Source of the DNA: Felis catus
Taxonomy: Eukaryota
Assembly (NCBI RefSeq): GCF_018350175.1
Contig: NC_058368.1
Coordinates: 24,182,001-24,246,000, forward strand
Direction of reading: 5' to 3'
DNA: 64,000 nt
The stretch's first letter is position 1, and every line of letters begins with the position of its first letter. The notes below the pieces were generated by a model. That model was not told the origin of the DNA, ran no database searches, and saw only the letters and a list, made by a program, of their open reading frames with translations. The translations under genes and the position numbers were made by a program. Shown here in pieces: positions 12,420 to 24,302 of the stretch.

Positions 12420-13213
12420 CCACATGAGAGGTTCTTTCTGAACTTGCTTCTGCCACAAAGTATCTGGGATTTTTCCTCCAATTAACTGGTTCTTCCATAC
12501 TAACTGGGTGTCCAACAATTCAATTCTGATACCTACTCCTGGGATTAATTCAGACTCCACAGGTTAAGAGCTCAGTCCCACAGATCTAATCCCAATTCAG
12601 ATACCAGCTGCAAATGGGTTTCCCAGGCTACTCACATTTCTGCCCAGCTAATATAAACGCATGCATTTCTCAGGTTTGATAGTTTAATCACAGAACTCGT
12701 GAAAACTTCAATTTACTATTACTGGTTAATTACAAAGGATATACCTTAAAACAGCCCAATTGAAGAGATACATAGGACAGAGAATAGAAGAGGTACAGAG
12801 CTACTATGCACTCTCTGGGTCAACGATCCTCCTAGCACTTTTATGTGTTCACTAATCTGGAAGCCCCCCCCCCACCCCAAGCTTCATTTTCAGGGGTTTT
12901 TATAGAAGTTCTATGGTGTTGGCATGAATGATTAATTGACCTGTCATTAAACTCTCTCTCCAGTCTCTCCCTTCTCTAGATATTGAGGGGTAGAGTTGAA
13001 TGTTCTAAGCTTCTAATCAAGGCCAGGTCTTTCGGGCAACCAGCCTCCATCCTGAAGCTATTTAGGGGACCCACCAAGAAGTGCCTTATTAACATAAACT
13101 CAGGTATGGTTGAAAGGAGTTCCTATCATCCTTTTGAGAAATTTCAAGGATTTCAAGAGGTCTATGCCAGGAGTTTGAACAAAAGTCCTACTATTTTTTC
13201 TTATTATATCACA
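12420..13213 (-). mobile_element. MER21-like LTR (old ERV)
   Basis: ctgggtgtccaacaattcaattctga, ccacaggttaagagctcagtcccaca; ends ttcttattatatcaca (reverse complement TGTGATATAATAAGAA). Confidence 0.75.
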
Positions 13214-13654
13214 CACCATGGGTGTTGCCTCTCATCTGTATTTTACCTGTGGTCATACTGAAGGGAGAAATGCAAACCCCTGTCTGGGTTGAAATCTACT
13301 TTTAAGCTATAATATAGAACAATCTTACATTCCACAGCACCAACACAGTCCTGAGACTATACACGGTTCTTTAACTTGCCTCCTTAAAGCTTTAATGTAG
13401 GTCCACCTCAGCAACCTGTTATTATCTCCCTAATGGGAATTTGAAAAATAACCCAAGGGATCATATGTCATGTTCGACATTTCTTCCTTCAAACTCACAG
13501 GGACTATCTCCAGACCAAATTTCTATGTTCAGACTTTTTGCCTTACATGCAGCTCCTTCGGTATCCAGAAATATCCTTCACCTTGGTTGAAACCCAGAAG
13601 GCTGCCCTTGAGCTCCGTGTAACAAGATTTTTTTTTTCCCAAGTAGGTGAAACT

Positions 13655-13875
13655 TATATAGTGTCTACTACACAGCAGGCAATGTACTTAGTGCTTTCCT
13701 ACACTAATTCAACCCTTACAACAATCCTTTGAAATAGGCACCGTTATCTTCTCCGTTTTCCAGGTAAGGAAATTGAGGCAACAGTATATTAAGTAACTTG
13801 TCCAAAGTAATAAAGTAGGGGACCCAAGATTCCAATCCTGAGACATTGGCACCACAATCTAAGCTCCTATCATCA
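13655..13875 (-). mobile_element. MIR SINE
   Basis: Core ccgttttccaggtaaggaaattgaggca ... aagtaacttgtccaaag. Confidence 0.85.
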
Positions 13876-13910
13876 ATACTACTTTCATGCAAATTAAAAC
13901 CCATACACTC

Positions 13911-14115
13911 AGGGTGCCTAGGTGACTCAGCTGGTTGAGTGTTCAACTTCAGCTCAGGTCATGATCTCGTGGTCTGTGAGTTCGAGCCCTGCCTCGGGCT
14001 CTTGTGCTGACAGCTCGGAGCCTGGAGCCTGCTTCAAGTTCGGTGTCTCCCACTCTCTCTGCCCCTCCCCCACTCATGCTCTCTCACTCTCAAAAATGAA
14101 TGTTAAAAATAAAAA
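13911..14115 (+). mobile_element. Can-SINE (felid type)
   Basis: Full body with B-box gagttcgagccc; TSD-like aaaacccatacactc/aaaaaccatacagtc. Confidence 0.95.
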
Positions 14116-15270
14116 AAACCATACAGTCTACTGAGTGGTTGTAATGATTCAATGATACACTTTCAAGTATTAAGCTATTATTTTTAAAAGACATGTTGGT
14201 TTCTCAATTTCTTATCTCCACCTCTTCCTTCCTTCTCCCATTTCTTTTTTCCTTTTTCTCCTATCAGCTCCTCAAACGGTATTATGGCAAAACCCAATGC
14301 TCTTCAATGAGAGGTGCTGAGCAGAGGTAACAGAAATTCATTAGAAGTGTCAACAGGAACCCCAGGATACAGCCTCCCAACAGCGTCTTCTAGATGTGAA
14401 ACCTTAGGCAGACCCAAGTAACAGAAACTCCAGGGATGCCTGCTTTTACCAGAGTAACCAGACTTCAGTCAGCAATACAAAATTGAAAATGGCAGTTCTG
14501 CCAAGAGGTCTTGTCTTCCCATACAGAAAAAAAAGAAAAGAAAAAAAAGGACTTTCTGGGATAACACTTAGGCCTAGGCCCATCACCCTCATAGACCCTC
14601 ACATACATTTGTTTCTATACCAGCACGCTGGCTAAGTTTCTTTGGTCAAGATGTACTTCTAACTGGTTTGTGTAGCCTTGGAGAACGTCTAAGAGAAGGC
14701 TTCTATTTAACCAGGAATAATATCAGCAATCTTTTGCGTGGTAAATAATAAAGCCTGTGCTGATATGCCCACTAGAGTTAGTTATACATGTCAGCCTTGT
14801 CCTATTAAAGCATCATGCCTGCTTGTCATCTTCTTGGCTGACACCTGCAGAGGTACTGCTGCCTTCAAGTATGTTTACAGAATCCAGTTCAGATAATGAG
14901 ACCATTTGCCATCCCACCCTCATCCTGTCAAAAATCAACATTGAGGAAAGACATAGCTAACTAAATCTCAGACAAGAACCAAGTAGTTCTAAAGAACAAA
15001 AGCAAAGCAATGAGTGACAAGAAGAATGTAAGAGAACATTGTCTGTAATTCAGGAAGTAAATCCTCAACACTTTAATGCCCAGTAGGGTACATTGCAACA
15101 GGTGGGAGTGTCATAGTATTTAATTCAGGATGAGGTAATTAACTTTTCAGAGTTATCATCCCTGCTAGGTTTTCTCAGTGAGTTGAAGAGAGATTTTACA
15201 TTTCCTATTATCATTCCACATTCCTAGTAAACATCCTTCCCTCAGTAAACAGTTCACTCATTATCTACAA

Positions 15271-15474
15271 TGGAGATTGGCAAACTGTAGTCTACAGGCA
15301 AAACACCTGTTTTTATAAATAAATTCTTACTGGAACATAGTCATACCCATTCATTTATATGTTGTCTATGGCTGCTTTTGTACTAAAACCGAGTTCAGTA
15401 GTTGCAACAGAATTCATACGACCTACAAACCTAAATTGTTTGTGGCCCTTTAAGAAAAGAATTTGTCAACCTTT
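15271..15474. mobile_element. MER58A-like hAT-Charlie MITE
   Basis: ttggcaaact ... ttgtctatggctgcttttg ... tggccctttaagaaaagaatttgtcaacc. Confidence 0.85.
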
Positions 15475-15499
15475 AATCTAAATTCTGGGCAAAAGTCTC

Positions 15500-16720
15500 T
15501 GGCCCTGGGTACGATGGGGTAAAAGTACTCCTACCCCATCCCACCCTCAGCGGTCCTCCCATTTGCTTCAGTTATAAAACGTGGAAAAAATGCACAGGGA
15601 AACTAGGAGAGGACTTTGAAAATTACCAGCAGGTGGATTGAGGAGAAAGAGCCTAATTCAAAGTACCACCAAACCTATGGTGAGTTTGCCATTTTTCTTC
15701 CCTCCTCTCAGAATTCCCATTTGTCCCCAACAAGCGGACACAGCTGCAGAAGACCATGGCCAACCAGGATAACTAAAGCCCCATGTATCTAGCCCGAAGA
15801 CTGAAAAGGATATCCCCAGGAAGCTGGAAAGTACCGAGAAGATTTCAATGGTAGAGAAGCTTGTGACTTCATAAAGGGATCTAATTTTTTTTTAATTTTT
15901 AATTTTTATTTTTGATCTTTATAGTTAAATTATCTACAATATAAACTATACTAAAAATTTAAGACTATTTATAGTATGTTATTAATAGCTGGGTTCATCC
16001 TTGAGCCATTCATGTGTAGACAGGATCTTAACAGAGTATAACAGATTGAGAACTGAACTAAGACTACCACCCACATCCCAGACTGGCCATCACTGGCTGA
16101 TGCAACATCGGATAGACACGATCAGCACTGCAAAGACTTTGAAACCTGAGCTGATATCGGAACCATAGCACACTGAAGGCAGTTGTGAATCTGCAGCCTA
16201 AAGCTGATCAGGATGCTAAAACAAAATGTCAATATTCACCATAGGATTAAAGAAGACCCAGCATCTTGCAACCTAATATTCAAACTGTGTCATACTTAAT
16301 GCAAAATTTCTATAGATACACTTTTGATGAGCACTTTGTTTTCTATATGTTGAATTACTAAATTGTACACCTGAAACTAATATTGCAGTGTCTATTAACT
16401 GTATTTTAAGTTAATACTTATAAATTACTATGCTCCCAATCAGCAAATTCTCCATTCCTAGGTCACACAGTAAAGACAACCCACAGATGTTAACACTGAG
16501 ATTAAATAGATACTAGAACCATCTGACAAAGATTTTAAAGTGGTGAATTATAAAAATGTTCCAGGAAGCAATTGTAAACACTATTGAAGTAAACAAAAAA
16601 ACTCAAGTCTCAGCCAATAAATGAAGGAACAAAATAGAAATTTTACAACTTAATATAAGAAATTCAAGACAAATGACTAACAGATGAAGCTCTACCAGAG
16701 CCACTAGGATAATTTTTTTT
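15500..16720 (+). mobile_element. Old LINE-1 5' region/ORF1 start (L1M4-like) with a small L1 3'-end insert near 16320-16420
   Basis: ggtgagtttgccatttttc, atctgacaaagattttaaag...tataaaaatgttcc; insert ttgtacacctgaaactaatattg. Confidence 0.55.
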
Positions 16721-17777
16721 AACCCATATAAATATGCCTTCATCAGTGGGCAAGATGACAGAGGAGGAGAACCCTAAACTCACCTCATCCCAGATACAAC
16801 TAAATAACACTCAGAGCAAACAACCCAGAAAAGGACCCGAAGCTAACCAAACAAACTCCACAACTAAATGTAGATAAGAGGTCACAGCTAAGAGGGTACG
16901 AAGGGTGAGGACTCATTGTGAACCTAAGTCCTGTAGGTCTGACTGCAAGAGGGAGCCATAGGCACAGAGAGAAGCCAGAAGCAGTATCCTACCAGGGATC
17001 CTGCAACACGAAGAGCAATCCCCAGAGCATTTAGCATTGAAAATTATAGGGGCTTAATTTTATGAGTGCGTGTAACCAGCAGGACTTAAAGCCTAGCACT
17101 TTTAATATCAGCAGGCTCACCACTAAGAGCCTGAAGGGCAATAGGAAATTGAGTCCCTGCCCTTAAATAGCACAGCAAACAGCCTGCATAAATACAAATA
17201 CAGCTCACAAGCAGCAGTTTGAAAGGCACCTGGGGTTTAGGCAAGGGAGAGTTACTAATCTCAGAGTTCACTGAGGGACTTCTCCAGAAACCAAGGAGTT
17301 GGCTGGCACCATTTTCCTCCCCCGAACCCCAACATAAACACCCAACCACCTGTGGGAACCAGCAGGCCACTGGCATTCTTTACCTAACTTACTTACACCA
17401 TGACCCACACCCTCCGGCCAGGCCTCTGTCAGTCCCAGGGCTGAGGATCCCCTCCTCCACAAAACCGACACAAACCTTACCAACGCTGGGTCTCCTGACC
17501 TCCCATGGAGGATGCCCTCACTTTGTTAGACCTATACTGCCCTGGGTGCTGTGAAGAGCAGCCCCAAATACCCCAGTCTTCGCAGTGGCTCCAAGTCTCC
17601 TGTGGAGGACCACCAGCACCATCTAGTTAGTAGTGCACATCCCACCCACTTTCAAGAGAAAGACTTGACTGACTTTCCTAACATGCAAAAACAGGCACAG
17701 GTAAAATGGGGAGACAGAGGAATAGGTCACAAATTAAAGAATGGCAAAACCATAGCAGGAAACCTAAGCAAAACAGT

Positions 17778-18183
17778 TATTAAAACTGCTTAAAAGCATA
17801 AAGTTGAACAAAAATCAAAATGGCTGTACTAATGCTTCAGTAAGGTTTCATTTTATACTAAGTATCCTTTTCCCTCCCTCCTGGAACCTCCCCTCCACCC
17901 TTCTTACACTTCTGTCTTAGGATACTGGTACCAACCTAAAGACATGATAAATGAGGCTAGCAGCACTTAAAAAAAAATCCCTGTGAAAAGAAGCTAGATA
18001 CTTGACTTTCCCATAAACCTCCCAGCCCTTAACTGTAGGTGGGCTTTAGTTTTCAAGTACTCAGCCTGGGGCAGTCTCCTTTGCCTAGGAAAGCAATAAA
18101 GCTACTGGTCCTCTATTATACCCAACTCGGTCTTCACAGTAAGCATTTCAGCTTCAGAGCACAAAGGTCAGTTTTAGGCAACA
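17778..18183 (+). mobile_element. Solo LTR (about 405 bp) inserted in L1 ORF1
   Basis: Non-L1 block splitting aacctaagcaaaacag | atctgagtaacatgcctgatagaaaattt; AATAAA at 18095; ends ggcaaca. Confidence 0.7.
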
Positions 18184-18337
18184 ATCTGAGTAACATGCCT
18201 GATAGAAAATTTAAGATAATGATCATAAATATAGTCACCGGACTTAAGAATGCAGGACCTCAAGAGACCCTCAAGAGGTAGAAAACTACTAGAGAGGAAA
18301 ATCACAATAAATAAGATTGAAAATACACTTGATAGAT

Positions 18338-18502
18338 GGGGTGCCTGTGTGGCTCAGTTGGTTGAGTGATTCTTGATTTCAGCTCAGGTCACAATCCCAA
18401 TGTCATGGGATTGTGCCCCACATCAGGCTCTGCTGCACTGTGGAGCCTGCTCAAGATTCTCTCTCCCTCTGCCCCTAAACCCCACTCACACATGCTATCT
18501 CT

Positions 18503-18558
<56 letters not shown>
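18338..18558 (+). mobile_element. Can-SINE with (AG)n tail
   Basis: ggggtgcctgtgtggctcag head; TSD aaatacacttgataga (18321-18336) / aagtacacttggtaga (18559-18574). Confidence 0.92.
18505..18558. repeat. (AG)n microsatellite, about 27 units
   Basis: Direct read. Confidence 0.98.
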
Positions 18559-18562
<4 letters not shown>

Positions 18563-21500
18563 ACACTTGGTAGAACAAGTAGACTGGGAAAGCAGAGGAA
18601 TGAATCAAATAGAAGAGTAATGGAAAATAATCAAGTTGAAATGAGAGAAAAAAAGATTATGCAAAATGACAACCATTTAAGCATCTCAGTGACTCCATCA
18701 AGCATAGTATCCATCACATTATAGGGATCCCAAGAAGGAGAAGATAAAGAAAATAAGGCAGAAATTTTATTTGAAGAAATAATAGATGAAAACTTTCTTA
18801 ATCTAGGGCAACAAAGAAACATCCAGATCCAGGAAGCACAGAGATCACCCAACAAAATCCACCTAGAGAGGTCCACACCAAGACACCCAGTAATCCAGAT
18901 GGAGAAAACTAACGAAAAAATTTTATCACAAGAGAAAAGAAGATAGTAATGTAAAAGACAAGCCACATAAGGCTACCAGCAGATTTTTCAGCAGTAACTT
19001 TACAGGCCAGAAGGGAGTGGCAGGATACATTCCAAGTGCTGAAAGGGGAAAATCTGCGACCAAGAATACTCTATATCCAGCAAGGCTATCATTCAGAATA
19101 GAAGGATAAATACAGAGTTTTCCAGACTAACAAAATCTAAAGCAGTTCATGTGCACTAAACCTACAATAAATATTAAAGAGTACTCTAATATTTAAGCAA
19201 GAGCTTAAGTGACAGTATGCAAAGTAGGAAAAATAAAAGCAGTAAAATTAAGTCTCTGTGAAGAAAATCAGTCAAGGGATTCACTAAATAAAAGGATGTG
19301 AAATATGATACCATATACCTCAACTGTGAGGGAGGGGAGTAAAAAGTGGGTTTAAACTAAAGGAACTTAATATATTAGACTGCTATATGCAGAAGATTTT
19401 ATTTACAAACCGAATGGTAACAAATCAAAAGCTACTAATAGGTATGCAAAAAATAAAGACAAAGCAATTCAAGTGTATCACTAAAAGCCAGCATACCATG
19501 AAAGAGCAAGAGAAGGATCAGAGAAAAACAAAAACAAGCACAAAGTAACAAAATGGCAACAGATACATATCAATAATTATTTTGAGTGTAAATGGACTAA
19601 AGGCTGCAATCAAAGGACATAGGGTGACAGAATGTTTAAAAAAATATTTTTTTAAAAAGGAACACCCATCTATTTGCTGCCTACAAGAGACTCTTTTTAG
19701 ACATAAAGACATCTGCAGATTGCAAGTGAGGGGATGGAGAAACATCATGTAAATGTCAAAAGCACGCCAGAGAACCAATACTTGTATCAGATAAAATAGA
19801 CTTTAAAACAAAGACTTTAACAACAAAGAAGGACAGTATATAATAATAAAAGGGATATTCCAACAAGAAGATGTAACAATTTTAAGTTTTTATGCACCAA
19901 TATGGAAGCACTCCAATACATGAAACACTTAGTAACAAAGAAACTAATTGATAATACAATAATAATAGGGGACTTTAACACCCCACTTAAATCAATGTAC
20001 AGATCATCTAAAGAGAAAAATCAAGAAACAGTGGCTTTGAATGATGCTGGATCAGATTGATTTAACAGATATACTCAGAACATTCCATCCTTAAACAGCA
20101 GAATACATATTCTTTCCAAGTGCATATGCAACATTCTCCACAAGAGATCACTATTAGGACAAAGCAAGCCCCAATCAATTCAAAAATATTCAAGTCATAT
20201 ATACAACTTTTCTGACCATAAAGCTGTGACACTATCAACCACAAGAAAAAAATAAGATATAAAGACCACAAATACATGGACATTAAACATACTACTAAAT
20301 AATAAATGCACCAAGCAAGAAATCAAAGAAGAAATCCAAAAGTCCATGGAAACAAATGAAAATGAAAACACAATGGTCCCAAACCTTTGGGATGCAACAA
20401 AAGTGCTTTTAAGTTTGTAGCAATACATGCCTATCTCAAGAAGGAAAATCACAAACAACCTAACCTCACACCTAAAGGAGCTAGAAAAATAAAACCCAAA
20501 AGCTGAAGAAGTAAGATGAGAGCAGACATAAATTATATAGAAACTAAAAATCCATGAAACTAGGAGCTGGTTCTTTGAAAAGATCAAAGCTGATAAACCT
20601 CTAGCCAGACTCATCTTAAAAAAAAAAAAAAAAGGAGGGAGGCAAGAAGAGATGAACAAAATCACAAATGAAAGAACTATAAAAAAAAACTGTATGACAA
20701 TTAATTAGACGGCTTAGAAGAAAAGGATAAATTGCTAGAAACATAATCTACCAAAACTGAAGCTAGAAAAAAATAGACAAGTTGAACAGATGATCAGCAA
20801 GGAGATTGAATCAATAATCAAAGAAAAAAACTCCAACAAAAGTCTAGAAACAGATGGATTCACAGTGCATTCTACCAAAGATTTAAAGAAGAGTTAATAC
20901 CTATTCTTAAACTATTCTAAAAAAAATTGACGGAATACTCTCAAATTCATTCTAAGAGGCCAGTATCATCCAGATAACAAACCCAGATAAACATACCACA
21001 GAGAAACCCTACAGGCTAATTTTTCTGGTGTAGATAGATACAAAAATCAGTAAAAGTACGAGCAAACCAAAATAAACACCACATTTAAAAAACCATTCAC
21101 CACAACCAAGTGAGATTTATTCCTGGGATGCAAGGCTGGGGGGTTCAATATTTTCCAATCAACATGATACATCCCATCAATAGGAGAAATGATAAAAACA
21201 GTATGCTTATTTCAGTGCATGCAGAAAAAGCATTTAACCAAGTACATGCATTCATATTAACATCCCTCAACAAAGTAGGCTTAGATTGAACATACCTCAA
21301 CATCATGAAGGCCACATATGAAAATCCAACAGCTAACATCATACTCAGTGAGGAAAAACAGAGCTTTTCCCCTAAGGACACTGTTCACTTTCACTGCTTT
21401 TATTCAACATAGTAATGGAAATCCTAGCCACAGCAATCAGACAAAGAGAAATAAAAGCCACCCAAATTAATAAGGAACAAGTAAAACTTTCACTATTTGC

Positions 21501-22863
21501 AGCTAACATGATATTCCATACAGAAAACCCTACAGACTCCACCAAGAAACTACAACTGGTAAATGAATTCAGTCAAGTCACAGGATACAAAAATCAATCT
21601 GCAGAAATATGTTGCATTTCTATACACTAATCATTAAGTAGCACAAAGAGAAATTGAGAAAACTATCTCCTTTACAATTGCAGCCAACTTAAGATACCTA
21701 GGAATAAACTTAACCAGAGAGTTGAAAGACCTGCATTCTAAAAACTATCAAACACTGATGAAAGAAATTGAACAAGACACAAAGAAATGCAAAGACATTC
21801 CATGCTCATGGATTGGAATATATTGTTAAAATGTTTCTGCTACCCCAAGCAATCTACACACTTAATACAATCTCCATCAAAATACAGCATTTTTCACACA
21901 GTTAGAATAAACCATCGTAAAATTTGTATGAGGCCACCCAAGACCTCGAATAGCCAAAGCAATCTTGACAAAAAGCAAAACTGGGGTTATCACAATTCTA
22001 CACTTCAAATTTTATTCCAAAGCTGACGTAATGACAAAAGTAGACACATAATCAATAATCAATGGAAAAGACTAGAAGACCCAGAAATAAACCCACAATT
22101 CTATCATAATATTCAATGTAATCAGTGGAAAAGAATAGAAAATCCAGAAATAAACCCACAATTGTATAGTAAATTAATCTTCCACAAAGGAGGCAAGCAA
22201 ACCCAATTGGAAAAAGACAGTCTTGTCAACATATGGTGTTTGGAAAACTGGTCAGCTACATGCACAACAATGAAACTGGACCACTTTCTTACAGCATACA
22301 AAAAAAAAAAAAAAAACACTAAAAATGAATTAAAGACCTAAATCCATAAAAATCCTAGCAGAGAGCAGAGACAGTGATATCTCTGCTCACAAGTGCTCAG
22401 TGATATCAGCCATAACATCATTTTCCTGAGGCAAAGGAAATAAAAGCAAAAATAAACCATTGGGACTACATCAAAAGGTAAAGCTTCTGCACAGTAAATA
22501 AAAAAATAAAACTAAAAGGCAACCTATTGAATGGGAGAAGATATTTGTAAATCACTTATGGAATAAAGGGTTAGTATCCAAAATACATACAGAACTTAAA
22601 ATTGGAAGACAGGATCTGACATTTCTCCAAAGATGACATACATCCAGCCAACAGACACATGAAAGGATGCTCTGTATCACTCAGCATCAGGGAAATGCAA
22701 ATCAAAAACACAATGAGGCATCACCTCACACTTAATGAGAATGGCTAAAATCAGCACAAGTGTTAGCAAGGATGTGGAGAAAGGGCAACCCTCTTGGTGG
22801 GAATGCAAAGTGGTGCAGCCACTCTGGAAAACAGCATGGATGGAGGTTCCTCAAAAACTTAAA

Positions 22864-23054
22864 GGGGTGCCTGGGTGAGTCAATTGAGCATCCAACTTTG
22901 GCTCAGGTCATCATCACACAGTTCATGAGTTCAAGCCCTGTGTCAAGGTCTGTGATGGCAGCACGGAGCCTACTTGAGACTCTCACTCTCTCCTCTTTCT
23001 CTGATCCTCCCCAACTTGTTCTTTCTCTCCCTCTCTCTAAAAATAAACTTTATA
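22864..23054 (+). mobile_element. Can-SINE inside L1 ORF2 end
   Basis: ggggtgcctgggtgagtc head, CT tract, aataaa; flanks aaaaacttaaaa/aaaagttaaaa. Confidence 0.92.
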
Positions 23055-23751
23055 AAAGTTAAAAATCAAAGTACCTTAGGATCCAGTAATTGTACTACTG
23101 GCTATTTACCCAAAAAACTCACAAACACCAATTCCAAGGGATACACGCACCCCCTACGTCAACAGCAGCATTCTCTACAATAGCCAAAATATGGAAACAG
23201 CCCAAGTGTACATCCACTGATTAATGGATAAAGAAGATGTGGTATACATACAAATGGACTATTACTCAGCCACCAAAAAATAAAATCTTGCCATTTGCAA
23301 CAACATGGTTTGAGCTAGAGTGTATAAGTGAAATAACTAAGTCAGAAAAAGACAAATATTGTACGATTCCACTCATATGTATAATGTGAGAAATGAAACA
23401 AAGGAGCAAAAGACAAAAACACACCAAGAAATAGACTTTTAGACAACAAATTAATGGTCACCAGAGGCAGGTGGTTGGGGGGATAGGGGAAATAGGTGAT
23501 GGCCATTAAGGAGGGCATTTGTTGTGGTGAGCATTGGGGTGGTATGTGGGATTGTTGAATCATTTTATTATACACTTGAAACTAATTTAACACTGCATAT
23601 TAACTACTAGAATTAAAATTAAAACATCCCTTCACCAAATAGCACAATTACAAGTTCTAGATCTCAAACTATATTTTCAAAAAAATCTATCATTACTCCT
23701 TTGATCTACCTCTAAGATAAAGTTTTTGTAGCTGAGAAACTTAATTTTACA

Positions 23752-23755
<4 letters not shown>

Positions 23756-23808
<53 letters not shown>
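23756..23808. repeat. (TA)n microsatellite
   Basis: Direct read. Confidence 0.98.
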
Positions 23809-23812
<4 letters not shown>

Positions 23813-24302
23813 TTTTGGCTTGTTAAATGAAACTGGTTTCACCGAGTTCAGTTTTCCATCAAATGCAATGTTTTCTGGCAAACACCTATCAAATATTTGG
23901 CACATTTACTGAAACACTTTGTACCCATTAACAAAAAAATATCAAAGACAAGTGTGTTGTGCCAAGAGGATATGGAAGCTTATCAGAAAGGGCTATCAAA
24001 GAATGAATGCTGATAGAAACACAATACTAAAACCCATGAATTCATAATGGCAATTTAAAGAGAGCAAGGGAAAAAAACTAACTGAACATCTCTGAAAGTA
24101 AGTAGGTCACCAGTGCCTTATTTTGGAGGTTGGCTATTGGAAATTAAATAGGAAAGAATTTGACCATCAGGTTGCCTTCCCTACATGAACTGTGTTTTAG
24201 CATAGTTTTAGTTCATGATGGAAATTTTTATTTTATTTTTCTTAACCCAAATATTCTAGCTACAGTATGTAAGAGGGATACGAGATGTAGAAACACACTA
24301 CT

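Larger units (their letters stand above)
16746..23621 (+). mobile_element. Full-length, decayed carnivore LINE-1 (5' UTR, ORF1, ORF2, 3' UTR) with nested LTR and SINEs
   Basis: 5' UTR caagatgacagaggaggagaaccctaaactcacctc; ORF1 remnant about 17.7-19.2 kb; ORF2 remnant from about 19553 (endonuclease ggggactttaacacccca); TSD aaatatgccttcatca (16730-16745) / aaacatcccttcacca (23622-23637). Confidence 0.93.
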
